DNA of 64,000 nt from a virus (Duplodnaviria; Caudoviricetes): the IMG/VR virus record IMGVR_UViG_3300042554_001750; one strand, 5' to 3'. This document shows, piece by piece, positions 1 through 11,160 of the stretch (the first letter of the stretch is position 1; each line of letters begins with the position of its first letter). The notes beneath the pieces are model-generated. The model was not told where the DNA came from. It searched no databases and worked only from the letters and a program-made list of their open reading frames with translations. A program made the position numbers and the translations under genes.

Positions 1-3000
1 TCCTACACCTTGTCCTGTCAATGTTATAATTGAAGGATCCATTTGTAAATTAATAATAATTCTGTATGGATCTACTATAAGAGCAGCGATGTAGTACCCA
101 TTAACGGCTGTGTCAAAATTTAATATCGCTAATGGATCGTATTGTGTTAAGTTATGTTGTTCTTTAAATGTAATTGTTACAGTGCCATTTAGATTATTCA
201 ATGCACCAATTACTTGCCCCATGCTTACTGGAGAATAAACATTCCATGTTCCTAAATAATTTGCAATCCAAACATAATCGCCAACATAGAATCTGTCTAG
301 TGGAACTATCAATCCATTTTTATCAACGGCCGCTGCAATCTGTGACAGATAGAATGATGACATTTTTACATCATTTAAGTTCACATAACCGGCATCAGGG
401 AATAATGTTGAAGGCTCTTCACTTGGGACAGTAGCTAGAATATTAGGATCAGTTATTGGTCTATCATAATTATACAGACTGCTTAACGGAACTTCTTGTT
501 GTGAACCTTCTGTATTTGATCCATCAGTTAGTGAAACAATGCTTGGATTTCCAACAAGACTGTTTTGATTAAGTTTAAAATCTACAAAGTTAGAGTTTAA
601 TACTCCACCAAATTCTCCAGACTTAATAGCCCAGTTTTCATAGACTTCATAATCAATTCCACCTTGCGGTAAATTAGCTCCCCTAAAGGCACTAACAGCA
701 TTAAGTGTACCTTTATTCTTAATCATGTTTTTGTAAACATTGACTTGAGTAATGTCAGTCAAGTCTGCAAGTGCAAGGTAATCACGAGGACGATAGCCAA
801 TCAAACTAAAACTTAACAGGTCTGCATCTTTTTCTAGATTAGCCCTATCTACATCATAATACAATGTGCTCTCATAACTGCGAGTGCTAGAATTAGATAA
901 TAATCCTTTTTGAATTTCACCGTACTCAGTTAATTTCCAATCTAGTTCGTTAAAAATATTATTAGGTTGAACGACCTTTAAAGCAGTCCAATACTTGTTT
1001 TTGTATTTTACAATGCTGCCCTTAGTGTACTTAAATTCTTTACTCCACTCGGTTATATTGTCTTGATTTAAAATGAAACCGCTAGTGGTTACGGTACCAT
1101 TCCACTCGGCTGTCTTAGTACCACGACATGTAATTCTTAATTGTCTTAATCCAGTAATTAGGTTATAAATTACATCATCAAATAATGTTATATTGTCAAA
1201 TACAATTCCATGTTCAATATTGTTAATATTGAATTGACCATATGCAAGTGTATCTCCTGTGTTCTGCGGGACAACATTAAACAATGTTTGGTCTCTTACG
1301 ATACTCAAGTCTTTAGTTTGTATTGGATATAAATTTTCATTTAAAATGAAATTAGATTGTTGGAAAGTCAGTGGCTGAACTACATAACCGTCTTTATTAA
1401 TTGTTAAACTCTTTGCAGCAGGATTTACTGTAACAATACTGCCTTGTTCCCAACCAGTTTGTGCCCAGTATAAGAACTCGGCAACCATTTGTTTCCAATT
1501 AACTTCTAAACCGTTTTCAACTTCTTCAAACACCATACCATTGGCTTCTAAATAGAAACCATAGTTTATTAAGAACTGTGATACTTCTTGAATAGTATAA
1601 AATATAGTGCCGTATGGTACTATAACTTCAGTTTCTGAAGGTTTTGTATATACAGTTACTGAGGTGCTTTCTACATTAATAATTTCAGAGTCTACATTTA
1701 TTCTTGGTGCTAATGTAGTGAAGTATGCCTGTGTCTGAGAATTACCATATACGGCATAACCCTCTGGTACTATCTGAATAATAATACCGCTGTAAATTAA
1801 TTTTGTAAACGGTTGATTTTCATATAGTAATAAAGAATAACTTTCATCAGGTATTAACAATGAGGCGTTGCGTGAGTTAGGTGTTCCCTTTTCAACATAG
1901 AATTTCAAGAAGGTCTTATCACTAAAGCCCGCCATTCTGTACACTAGACGGACATCCAAATTCTGTAGTAATTCTGTAACTTTGGTTGTAGCATCAATAC
2001 CGATTTGCTTTTGATAATCAACAATCCAGTTAATGTATGATGTTTTGGCAATACCATTGCCATAAATTTGAATATCTGATATAACTAAATGGCTTCTATC
2101 GTTTACAAGATATTGATTGAATTCGTAATTATACTTGTAGTTGTCAATGTCGGCAGCTAAGTTAAAGAACTTAGCAGGCTTCATCAATGCTAAAATTCGC
2201 ATTAAATCAAATGGATATGAACTGCTTCTACGGTAGCTCAACTCAACAGGAGAATCATCGCCGACTTTCCAATCTCTTTGGAAAAGATTAGGATTATAAT
2301 TGCCTACAACAGATGCAAAGGGAGATAGTAAATTACCAGCACTATTAACTGGAAGCACTTCTAGTAATCCAGGTCTAATAGCTTGTTCTATAACTACTGG
2401 GTTACCGTTGTTATAGTCAATACCATTTTCTAAATCTTCCCACAACACCAAGTTGTCACTAGTATATGGTGCAGGACCATATCTATCTTCCCACCATGCT
2501 GGCTTGTTTGTGTAACCAATCATTTCCCATGGCGTTAAATTGGGAGTTGTAGTATCATAAAAATATTGGTATATACCTCTCCAATACCCTTGTTCTATGG
2601 GCTGTCCATTTAACTTGTTACCACTGTCGGTATAGTTATATGTATATTGGTCAAACTTATTATAAACCTGCCTCTTATAATTCAAGCGGTTTTCACCAAC
2701 CCAAGCTAAGAAATTGGTTGTGTAAATTTGCAACCATTCGTCATAAGAATAGTCTGTTGTTCTAAAGAATCCAGGTGTTACTTCATATTCTTTAATTGGA
2801 ATTACATTACTTAATTTTAAGTTATTGTAAACTCGTTTTTCAAATTCAAATAATGCTTGATCGCGGAAATCAACAAGAATCCCAGTTTGTGGATCATAAT
2901 CACCATATAACTTAGTATATGAACCATCGTGACCCTTTATAAAATATGTTGGGGTGCTATAATCACTATCTAAAACAATTTCAGGAATAGAAGCAGGATA

Positions 3001-6000
3001 CATTCCTAACTTAGTGGGAGTATTTGGTACATATGATCCATATGTCTGATTATATTCTTTAACTGTAATAATGTCGTTTGGTAACAAATCATAGGTTACA
3101 GTTAGTGAGGGGCTATCAACACTAACCGTGTAATCCTGGTTTATGATTAATTGTTGTGTGGTTGTAATATTGTTAATGGTTCTAGTTAGATACACCAATA
3201 TTCCACTATAATTTGCTGAACTAAAATCATAAATTTTAGTTAATGGATATCTAGAAATATCAAGACTATTTGCGAATGAATAAACATTAGTAACAAATGC
3301 AGCCTTGCTAGGAATCATATCAGACCAGAAGAACGACTGATTATCAGTTTTACTTGCTGTCATTTGATCCAACGCATCATCTAAAATAAATGATGGATCA
3401 AATTGTTGAGAATAATCTGTATTATTAATAGTATCTACTAATAGAGTTTTAAACTTAATATATTCTTTACTGTTAAATGATAACGCATTGAAAATATTTG
3501 TGTTAGGATCTCTTAAGAATGCGCCAGGTAATACTAGACTTGCACTATTCTGAATAATTCTATTGCCCCATGGTACTAGATTACCTGAATCACGATAATT
3601 GTTTGATCCAAAAATTTGACCTGTCAAATTAGGATTGTTATAAAAAATACTTTGATATTGACCTCTTATATCACCTAAGTTAGCAACTGTTATATCCTGA
3701 TTTAATGGGTTGTTGTTTAAGTTAATTGGAATTGTGAAGTAAGCATTCTCACTTACTTGTGAACTTAATACTGCAATTTGAATAACTGTATCTTCAACTG
3801 GTGCAGAATCAAGAGTTACCACCGTACTTGTGTCTAAACTAGTTACAGAATATGCTGATGTTTCTAATAATGTGTTATTATTGAAAACTTGTATGATTGG
3901 CCATTCAGTCTGTGTGTCGGGAATTAATCCAACATCAACTGTAAATACTGGGTCTGAACCAAGTGTGTAATTAAAACTAAACAATTGATACTGAACACTT
4001 GGGCTTACCGCAGTTTGCCATCCTAGTAATCTTTCTAGTGTTCCAAAATAATTGTAATTGTAAACATAACCCTTGTTCACTTGTTCAGTAATAGGTGTTG
4101 ATCCACTTACATAATTAAATATGTCAGAGTTAAAAGTAACATCAAAGCTAATATCACCGATGTTGTTAATTGATGAGTACTTTAAAGGAAAGCCTAAAAC
4201 ATTATCGTCTAACCCTGATCCGATACCATACTGAAATAAGGTTGATCCACTGAAATCAGTTCCGGTATATACTGTGCTATCGCTAAAACTAATTCCATTA
4301 TTATCAAAAATATCAAATAATGGTGCTTGATTTACTGTTACCTTTTCCTGTCCCTTTATCCATTCAATACCGTCATACCAAAATTCTAAGCCTAAATAAT
4401 TATAACCTCTGTATGCAACTGTTTGTTGATCAGGTAAAACAAGTCCGTCATCGGCTTCAGTCAAAGTAATTACTGGAACACTAGAGCCAGTTATAGATGA
4501 GAATCTTACAACATAGATTTTGTTGCGAACATTTTCATCTGTATCTGCTGCAAAAATAATTCTAGCACCATCAAAAACTGCATAGCTGTTTACACCTTCA
4601 GGTACTGCAATTATAGATGCCACTGATGTACCATTGAAGTACGCAGATTGATCTTCACCCCAAGATACAACAAGAGTTTTTGTTGATGTACCTGTAACAG
4701 ATTCAATGATAGTATTAGGTGGTAATAAATTAGTAGAATCAGCAACATACTGACCAACGGTGAATGTCCCCACACCCACAAACTCATTGTTACCGATATC
4801 AGCAGTAGTTACTTGAATGGTTGTGCTTTGTGGATACCATTTAGCTGTGCAGACACTAGCAGCCGTAGTTAAGTTAATAACAGCACCATTTTTAGAAAGG
4901 CTAACTTTAATTGTAGTACCATCTACAACTTCTGCAACATAATAATTTGTGTTATATGTTAGACCACCGATACTAAATGGTGGATCTAAAATAATTATAT
5001 CATTTACTCTGAAACCGGTTGTACTATTGATTGTTACTGTATCTGAAGGACCATCGGTATTAGTGATGGTTCTATTCTGAGTATAATTTGTACTTGCAAT
5101 GACTGATGTGTAATCTGTATATACAGCAACATCAGGATAATAACTTTCTTGACCGGCTACATATGTAAACGCATCTGAAGTTCTAAAATCTACAAAGTCT
5201 ACTGGATTTTTTCCACTAGAACCTTGATTGAATAATTTTAAGTTTGGATAAAACTCAATGATAGGTCTCTTAGCCTTTGCAGCCGCAGTTGCATAGATGG
5301 CTACAGATTCTGGGTCATTATTGTATTGCGCTGTTGCATTTATAACATCAATATGGAACCAACGATTGCTTCGTGACCATGCATTTTTATTAACAGAATT
5401 TCTAGCTATAGTAATATAATCAGGACTTACTGGAATAAAACTGTCGCCATCAAAATTACCAAAATCATATGGTGTAGTATCATATGGTATTAAAACACTT
5501 TCAGTAAATGCTTCCGGTACTACAAGGGTATCTACGGGAATAAGTTCAATATGTGATCCTACTCCTTCTACATAATATTCACCTGACAGGTAACTAGTTG
5601 GTACTACATCTCCCTGGAATGAGACCTTCAATCCATTTGTAAATACTATCCCGTTCGTTGAACTAAAATTCTTTTTACCTAAAATTTCTGTTTCTACATC
5701 TAATGTATTAGTAGCGTTGCTTTCAATTAATTTAATAATGCCAACTTTATTGGCACTTGTGCCATCTTGATAATATAGTGTATCTAATTGTGCGCTTAGG
5801 TATGGAATTAAAACTATAGTACCAAATTCATTTTTATAGAAGTTTCTGTTACTGTAATTGGTACCAAAACTTGCAGTAATTTTTTGATTGGTTGGAATAG
5901 CACCAGCTGGAGATAAACTAATAACAGGATCACTACTGTTGTCTAAAAATGTAATTGTATAAAAATTTTCATTTACTGTAGTATAAAATCCTTGCTCTAA

Positions 6001-7236
6001 TAAACCCTGATTAATATTACCAGTTAATGTTCCTGAAGCTGTTGTTAAAACGACTGCAGGGCCACCTAGTGTTGAGCTTACAGTAAATTTAGTACCGTTA
6101 ATAATACTACGGACATAATAAATTGTACCACCAGAAAATTCAGAATATACTGCTAAATTACCAAACGGAACTCCAGTGAAAGTTATTGTGTTACCAACGG
6201 TTAACACAGATGTGTCCGTGATCGTTACGGAATTGTCAACTGAACTAGTTGCTGTTGCTGTGACAGTCTGAGGTGCTGTTATATTGTTATTTTGATCGTA
6301 ATTAGTGTAATCAAAGAAATTAGATACATAACCAATTTCATTAGAAACACCTGTGTTATAAAACATTACAGTAAGGCCATTTAGTGCTGTAATGCCATCA
6401 ATGCTTCCTAATTCACTTAATCTTTTGCCATTTACTTCAGCAAAGGGTAAGGTACTTACCACAGACACAAGATTGTTGCCTGGGAAGTTATATTCATCTT
6501 GAGCGTTTTTAAACGGGACAGTAAAAGTAACTACACCTTGACTTATACCATTGTTGCTTACGCCATAAACTTCGCGTGTTTGTAAATTGGGCTGAGTTGG
6601 ACTAAATCCAGTTACTCCCGGTACGCCTTGAATCCAAAATTCACTATCTTGATTAACTGCAAAGGTATAAGTTCCACCTCTAAGTAAAGTTAATGTTGGG
6701 TTAGTAGAGCCAGCAGATGAACCAACCGGATAAATTGAGTAACCATTAATAATATCTTGAACAATATAATCAATAGCACTGAATACTGTTTCGCTACTTA
6801 CGGTAACTGATTCAGGACCTAATGGTAACCAATAGTATTGGTTAAAGTTAATAACTTTATCTAAGTCTGTAAAACTATCCCAAGAGTAAAATTGGCTTTC
6901 AAAAAGACGGTTATTATTATTAGTAACTCCGCCATTGACTTTTAATGAGTCAATAATACCTGGATAACTTATAAAATCTTTAGGGGTGTTTTTATTTGCA
7001 TCAGTAAGAACAATACCTGGATCTAATTGATAGTCTGTTCTTGTTTTGGTTGGCTCTGTTACATAATAATTTTTAGCATTTATACCATAACCAAACTTAC
7101 TACCTATATAACCTTCTATTTTTTTAGTACTAGGCTGATCAACAATCTGATCTAATGTCGCGGCTAAAAATTGCGCATTTGTAGGTGTTTTAAATATTTC
7201 AGGAAGAAAGTTTAAGGTTCTAATTCTTGTTGCCAT
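1..7236 (-). CDS. Giant baseplate-associated structural protein (>2412 aa, runs off the window's left edge); gp7-like by position only
   Basis: ATG at 7236 (MATRIRTLNFLPEIFKTPTNAQFLAATLDQ...), 11 nt after the gp6 stop. Spot translation at positions 1, 121, 1201, 2401, 3001, 4201, 5401 and 6601 stays in one frame without stops. Absent from the ORF track, presumably because its stop lies outside the window. Not every codon was checked. Confidence 0.85.
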   Translation of the reverse strand, partial: MATRIRTLNFLPEIFKTPTNAQFLAATLDQIVDQPSTKKIEGYIGSKFGYGINAKNYYVTEPTKTRTDYQLDPGIVLTDANKNTPKDFISYPGIIDSLKVNGGVTNNNNRLFESQFYSWDSFTDLDKVINFNQYYWLPLGPESVTVSSETVFSAIDYIVQDIINGYSIYPVGSSAGSTNPTLTLLRGGTYTFAVNQDSEFWIQGVPGVTGFSPTQPNLQTREVYGVSNNGISQGVVTFTVPFKNAQDEYNFPGNNLVSVVSTLPFAEVNGKRLSELGSIDGITALNGLTVMFYNTGVSNEIGYVSNFFDYTNYDQNNNITAPQTVTATATSSVDNSVTITDTSVLTVGNTITFTGVPFGNLAVYSEFSGGTIYYVRSIINGTKFTVSSTLGGPAVVLTTASGTLTGNINQGLLEQGFYTTVNENFYTITFLDNSSDPVISLSPAGAIPTNQKITASFGTNYSNRNFYKNEFGTIVLIPYLSAQLDTLYYQDGTSANKVGIIKLIESNATNTLDVETEILGKKNFSSTNGIVFTNGLKVSFQGDVVPTSYLSGEYYVEGVGSHIELIPVDTLVVPEAFTESVLIPYDTTPYDFGNFDGDSFIPVSPDYITIARNSVNKNAWSRSNRWFHIDVINATAQYNNDPESVAIYATAAAKAKRPIIEFYPNLKLFNQGSSGKNPVDFVDFRTSDAFTYVAGQESYYPDVAVYTDYTSVIASTNYTQNRTITNTDGPSDTVTINSTTGFRVNDIIILDPPFSIGGLTYNTNYYVAEVVDGTTIKVSLSKNGAVINLTTAASVCTAKWYPQSTTIQVTTADIGNNEFVGVGTFTVGQYVADSTNLLPPNTIIESVTGTSTKTLVVSWGEDQSAYFNGTSVASIIAVPEGVNSYAVFDGARIIFAADTDENVRNKIYVVRFSSITGSSVPVITLTEADDGLVLPDQQTVAYRGYNYLGLEFWYDGIEWIKGQEKVTVNQAPLFDIFDNNGISFSDSTVYTGTDFSGSTLFQYGIGSGLDDNVLGFPLKYSSINNIGDISFDVTFNSDIFNYVSGSTPITEQVNKGYVYNYNYFGTLERLLGWQTAVSPSVQYQLFSFNYTLGSDPVFTVDVGLIPDTQTEWPIIQVFNNNTLLETSAYSVTSLDTSTVVTLDSAPVEDTVIQIAVLSSQVSENAYFTIPINLNNNPLNQDITVANLGDIRGQYQSIFYNNPNLTGQIFGSNNYRDSGNLVPWGNRIIQNSASLVLPGAFLRDPNTNIFNALSFNSKEYIKFKTLLVDTINNTDYSQQFDPSFILDDALDQMTASKTDNQSFFWSDMIPSKAAFVTNVYSFANSLDISRYPLTKIYDFSSANYSGILVYLTRTINNITTTQQLIINQDYTVSVDSPSLTVTYDLLPNDIITVKEYNQTYGSYVPNTPTKLGMYPASIPEIVLDSDYSTPTYFIKGHDGSYTKLYGDYDPQTGILVDFRDQALFEFEKRVYNNLKLSNVIPIKEYEVTPGFFRTTDYSYDEWLQIYTTNFLAWVGENRLNYKRQVYNKFDQYTYNYTDSGNKLNGQPIEQGYWRGIYQYFYDTTTPNLTPWEMIGYTNKPAWWEDRYGPAPYTSDNLVLWEDLENGIDYNNGNPVVIEQAIRPGLLEVLPVNSAGNLLSPFASVVGNYNPNLFQRDWKVGDDSPVELSYRRSSSYPFDLMRILALMKPAKFFNLAADIDNYKYNYEFNQYLVNDRSHLVISDIQIYGNGIAKTSYINWIVDYQKQIGIDATTKVTELLQNLDVRLVYRMAGFSDKTFLKFYVEKGTPNSRNASLLIPDESYSLLLYENQPFTKLIYSGIIIQIVPEGYAVYGNSQTQAYFTTLAPRINVDSEIINVESTSVTVYTKPSETEVIVPYGTIFYTIQEVSQFLINYGFYLEANGMVFEEVENGLEVNWKQMVAEFLYWAQTGWEQGSIVTVNPAAKSLTINKDGYVVQPLTFQQSNFILNENLYPIQTKDLSIVRDQTLFNVVPQNTGDTLAYGQFNINNIEHGIVFDNITLFDDVIYNLITGLRQLRITCRGTKTAEWNGTVTTSGFILNQDNITEWSKEFKYTKGSIVKYKNKYWTALKVVQPNNIFNELDWKLTEYGEIQKGLLSNSSTRSYESTLYYDVDRANLEKDADLLSFSLIGYRPRDYLALADLTDITQVNVYKNMIKNKGTLNAVSAFRGANLPQGGIDYEVYENWAIKSGEFGGVLNSNFVDFKLNQNSLVGNPSIVSLTDGSNTEGSQQEVPLSSLYNYDRPITDPNILATVPSEEPSTLFPDAGYVNLNDVKMSSFYLSQIAAAVDKNGLIVPLDRFYVGDYVWIANYLGTWNVYSPVSMGQVIGALNNLNGTVTITFKEQHNLTQYDPLAILNFDTAVNGYYIAALIVDPYRIIINLQMDPSIITLTGQGVG

Positions 7237-7243
7237 AATATAT

Positions 7244-7250
7244 TACTTAT
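7244..7250 (-). promoter_or_regulatory. gp55-type late promoter box variant ATAAGTA, 7 nt before ATG 7236
   Basis: One mismatch to the ATAAATA box recurring before structural genes; overlaps the gp6 stop codon. Confidence 0.55.
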
Positions 7251-10200
7251 CTTATTTGTAATTCGGCGGGTGTGAGAGCCGGAATAACCAAAACATCGTT
7301 TGCTGTTGCAGCATTTACAAATATCTCATAAGGAGCACATTTTATTTCATATAAATCCCCGAAATTCATAGTTGGATCGTTTGGAACTAAAACTGCTGAA
7401 CTTATTAAATCACCACACTCATTGTGTAGATATGCACTTAGTTCACTAAAGAAAAAGGTATCACCAAAGTTCCAATTGTTGATTGAAAAATAGTTATTCA
7501 TTGCTGTCAATACTGCACTACGGATTTCGCTATCGCTAGCATTTGTTGTGCTATCTTTAATAACTTTAACTGTTGCTCTTAATGCCGGCGCTGCCTTTTC
7601 ACCAAACAATGGTTTAAAAATTACACTGTTAAGAATTACACTATCGCTTAACATCTTAAAGTTATTTACTTGGCTATATTCTTGATTTAATTCAGTAATT
7701 GTAGGTTTATTAGGTTCAGCTACTGTTCCAGTTACATCTTGAATCCAATTTTGATAAGCCGTATAATAAGCTTGGGTTACTACATATAAATCAATAATAT
7801 TTGTTGTAGCTGGATCAATTCGTGTTGTATTATTGCTATTATGACGGTACTGGAATTGCAATCCTTGACGACCAGGCTTAATACTATATTGCGGTTGTTC
7901 AACTAATGTATAAGAAGGTGTTGTAACTGTTTGATCTTGAAATGATTTATAGAATTTATTTTCTACATAGGCGTAAAATAATTGACCAACTGGATAATCA
8001 TATTTTACGATTTCAATATCAGATTTATTACCATATGTATATACAACATCGCTTGTAGGTACTATTTGAAATCTGGTTAATGATAAAGCATCTTGAATTA
8101 ATTCAAAGAAAACATAAATTCCAGTATTATTACCACCATATACATATCCTGTAACAGTCGTAAAGAAATCTGGATTTGTTATAATAGTTCTGTTATTAAC
8201 ATCTGTAGTAGAAACTTCAACTTCAAAATCATTTATATAACCATCACTCTCTACTGTTTGACCAATAATATTAGTTTTTACATCAATGTTTAATGGACTA
8301 CTAGAGTTTGGTTGTGAATTAGTTTTTAAAATGTTTACGAAATCTTGAAGAATTTTTCCAGTAAAAGGATCATAAACTAGTTTATCTCTTTCAAAACTAA
8401 ATCTTGTATCTGCTACGCTACCAAAGTAATATGCCAATGATCTATATGTTACTGCATATCTATTATTTCCCAAACTTAAAAAGTTTACAAAATAATTTGG
8501 TGCATTATAATTCTCAATAAACCAACGATCTTGTGCAATAGTTAGTGAATTATTGAACACCAATGAAAAACTTTGCTGAAGTTGCATTTTAATTCTGCAC
8601 TCAGTAATAATGTCGTTTGACAATGTATTATCAAATGACGGTATAATACTAGTTGAATTACTACTATTAACTGGATCCGTTAATGTAGCACCATTAGGAA
8701 CATAACCATTTAATGTAACTGGGCCGGTACCATTTGTAAATCCACCTCTACCGTTATTGTATCCATCACCAATAACATTTATAACAGTAGTCCAAATAAA
8801 TGTTGGATTATTTGGGCCTGGAATTCCTGCAACTAAGCGATTGTTATCATCAAAATAATAACCAATTGGCGCATAGAATTTTAGTAAAGCACCCTTTGTG
8901 ATATACTTGACATTATTAGAGCTATAAGTTCCAATTGGAATAGGAGTATCTATTCCATTTTGAATAATGTAAAAATATCCTGTAATTGAATTGGCATCTA
9001 CAGTTTTTGTTTGCCAATAAACAGTGCCATCACCGGTAGATGAATTAACTGCATATCTAGGATAAGTTTGAATATAATATTGTAGAGCACGGTTGCTTGC
9101 TAACGCATTTGCTAATGAGTCAGTTAAGAATCTAATAATATTACCAGTATTGGTAATAGTTAATGAAAGATTTCCTAAGGCATCGTTTTCATACAATGCA
9201 CCATCATTGGCAAAAGTATTGGTACTTGAGTACTTGCCGGTTGGATCTAATAAATCTAAATTTTTGCTAACACCAATACTACTACGGTTAATTGCTTTTG
9301 ACTTGATAATTGAACTGTATAGTGTATATGGGAAGTTGTTATAATCTTCACCATTGACCATACGGTTTTGAGTATAATAGCGTGTGGGTGCTCTTTGTTT
9401 AATTTGTGCTAAAGGCTCACGGGCTTGAGCGTTGCTGACAGGAGTTGTTAACTCTAAGCTAAGAGTTAATGATTCTACTCTACCTATTCTACTGATATAG
9501 TTAAAGGTAACTGAAATGCCCTGCATCTCATTTGGATCAATAGTATATGTAATACCATTACTGGATCTTACATATGCTCTAAAGTTTCCAACAGGGATCT
9601 TGCTAAAGACACCGTCACCGAATACATAACTTACTTGGTCGTTGAATCTAGAATTCACGCTGAAAACTTCGCGTCTGCTACTCTCAGTCTGAAGATATGC
9701 GTCAGCATAAATGTTATCTACTTTTTTCCACAATACATTTGTTTGATTTGTATCACTTAGTTGATATAACCAAGTATCAGTATTATTAATACCTTGAATG
9801 TCAATATCAATAACCTGATTGGCAATTTGCTGTTCTAAAGAAAAATCTGAATTTTGCAAAGTACCTTGTTTGAAATAGAAAAAATATCCTGTATTTGGGC
9901 TACCATAGCCTAGTCTGTCATTTCTATACAGCATGTTAAATCTGCCACTAGGTGCAGGAGGTATTTCATAGATAGTATCGCTGTCCACACTAGACACACT
10001 AACTAATTCAAAACCCATATTGATGCCATCAACTACGCTACTAAACGGAACGATAGGTAAGCTGTTCTGTGGGATTGATAACGAATATTCGCTAGTAGTT
10101 ACTCCTAAGATTTCAGCAACATTACCGGGTCTTCCGATTCGTTGTGTATTAATCAAGGCAGCGTTGATAATTGTGTTAAATTGTTCTAACCAATTTGAAT

Positions 10201-10645
10201 TAGCAGGGTCATTCCATAAAATTGGAATGTTACTTAAATTGTTTCCATTTAGATCAGTAATATTCTGAGTAGTTTGTATACTGGTAACTTTCAAATACCC
10301 TTGCGCTGTTAAATTTCTTTTTGGAGTATAGCTAACTAAATTTGCTAGTTTAATAACTGAATCACGGCGTTCAGCAGTATCAATAAAGTTTTCACGGGTA
10401 TTTAAGTCATTTCTGAAGGCAAGACCTTGGCCCATGAAGGCGATAACATCTAATAGTGCAATAAATTCACTGGATTCAATATAATCATTGAATGTTTCTG
10501 GGTAGTAAGTACGAAGGTAATCAATGAAACTTTTACGCAGGGTTTCGTAGTCATAGCTACGGAAATCAGCCTCTCTAAATGTCTGGTAGAAGGCTTTCCA
10601 ATCATTAACCCCAAAAAGTGCGGATTGTCTTGAACTTGTTGCCAT
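7247..10645 (-). CDS. gp6: Baseplate wedge subunit, T4 gp6-like (1132 aa)
   Basis: N-terminal DF..LR.SFIDYLR...FNDYIESSEFIALLDVIAF...A.RRDSV..LA..VSY.PKR; FGDGVF motif; RMVNGEDY; directly follows gp25. Confidence 0.85.
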   Translation of the reverse strand: MATSSRQSALFGVNDWKAFYQTFREADFRSYDYETLRKSFIDYLRTYYPETFNDYIESSEFIALLDVIAFMGQGLAFRNDLNTRENFIDTAERRDSVIKLANLVSYTPKRNLTAQGYLKVTSIQTTQNITDLNGNNLSNIPILWNDPANSNWLEQFNTIINAALINTQRIGRPGNVAEILGVTTSEYSLSIPQNSLPIVPFSSVVDGINMGFELVSVSSVDSDTIYEIPPAPSGRFNMLYRNDRLGYGSPNTGYFFYFKQGTLQNSDFSLEQQIANQVIDIDIQGINNTDTWLYQLSDTNQTNVLWKKVDNIYADAYLQTESSRREVFSVNSRFNDQVSYVFGDGVFSKIPVGNFRAYVRSSNGITYTIDPNEMQGISVTFNYISRIGRVESLTLSLELTTPVSNAQAREPLAQIKQRAPTRYYTQNRMVNGEDYNNFPYTLYSSIIKSKAINRSSIGVSKNLDLLDPTGKYSSTNTFANDGALYENDALGNLSLTITNTGNIIRFLTDSLANALASNRALQYYIQTYPRYAVNSSTGDGTVYWQTKTVDANSITGYFYIIQNGIDTPIPIGTYSSNNVKYITKGALLKFYAPIGYYFDDNNRLVAGIPGPNNPTFIWTTVINVIGDGYNNGRGGFTNGTGPVTLNGYVPNGATLTDPVNSSNSTSIIPSFDNTLSNDIITECRIKMQLQQSFSLVFNNSLTIAQDRWFIENYNAPNYFVNFLSLGNNRYAVTYRSLAYYFGSVADTRFSFERDKLVYDPFTGKILQDFVNILKTNSQPNSSSPLNIDVKTNIIGQTVESDGYINDFEVEVSTTDVNNRTIITNPDFFTTVTGYVYGGNNTGIYVFFELIQDALSLTRFQIVPTSDVVYTYGNKSDIEIVKYDYPVGQLFYAYVENKFYKSFQDQTVTTPSYTLVEQPQYSIKPGRQGLQFQYRHNSNNTTRIDPATTNIIDLYVVTQAYYTAYQNWIQDVTGTVAEPNKPTITELNQEYSQVNNFKMLSDSVILNSVIFKPLFGEKAAPALRATVKVIKDSTTNASDSEIRSAVLTAMNNYFSINNWNFGDTFFFSELSAYLHNECGDLISSAVLVPNDPTMNFGDLYEIKCAPYEIFVNAATANDVLVIPALTPAELQIR

Positions 10646-10663
10646 AGAATATTCTCTTTTAAG

Positions 10664-10670
10664 TATTTAT
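10664..10670 (-). promoter_or_regulatory. Late promoter box ATAAATA upstream of gp6
   Basis: ATAAATA 18 nt upstream of the gp6 ATG in a short intergenic gap. Confidence 0.65.
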
Positions 10671-10698
10671 CATACCTAAAACCTGGCGTTTTTAAGGG

Positions 10699-11148
10699 TT
10701 ATTGAATAATTGCTTGATTCAAATCTCTGTCAAAGAATACACTTAAAATCTGTGCGTCATTAAACGGAGCAATAGCTAATTCAACTTCTAATAGTATCCC
10801 GTTTTCTTGGGGGAATGCTTTGACATAATTTATTATAAGTCTTGGATCTAAACTAGCAACTCTACGAATTTCATTTTCTAATTGAAACTGTACATCGGCT
10901 GTATTAGGTTCAAACACAAAGCTCCAAAGAGTTGTACCATATTCAGGCTTTCCAACTTTTTGCCCTTGTTGTATATTCAGTGCGTTGACAAAATCTTGTA
11001 TAACCAACGGTTGATCAACTAACCTATACTTTTTTCCAAAGTTAATAGGCTTTACTACACTACCAAATCCACCGTCTACCCCTCCCGGAGCATTGGTTGT
11101 TCGTGGTTGATTTGACCCTATTGTGCTAAATCCAATGTATGTAGGCAT
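10699..11148 (-). CDS. gp25: Baseplate wedge subunit gp25-like (149 aa)
   Basis: LVIQDFVNALNIQQGQKVGKPEYGTTLWSFVFEP...EI......DPRL fits the gp25/GPW pattern; lies between gp5 and gp6. Confidence 0.85.
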   Translation of the reverse strand: MPTYIGFSTIGSNQPRTTNAPGGVDGGFGSVVKPINFGKKYRLVDQPLVIQDFVNALNIQQGQKVGKPEYGTTLWSFVFEPNTADVQFQLENEIRRVASLDPRLIINYVKAFPQENGILLEVELAIAPFNDAQILSVFFDRDLNQAIIQ

Positions 11149-11152
11149 ATAT

Positions 11153-11160
11153 TATTTATA
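11153..11160 (-). promoter_or_regulatory. Late promoter TATAAATA, 4 nt before the gp25 ATG
   Basis: Exact T4 late consensus TATAAATA, then ATAT, then ATG. Confidence 0.75.

Noticed and set aside
174-434. 86-aa plus-strand ORF in the track
   Set aside because: Antisense to the giant minus-strand ORF; no start signal or protein-like features.
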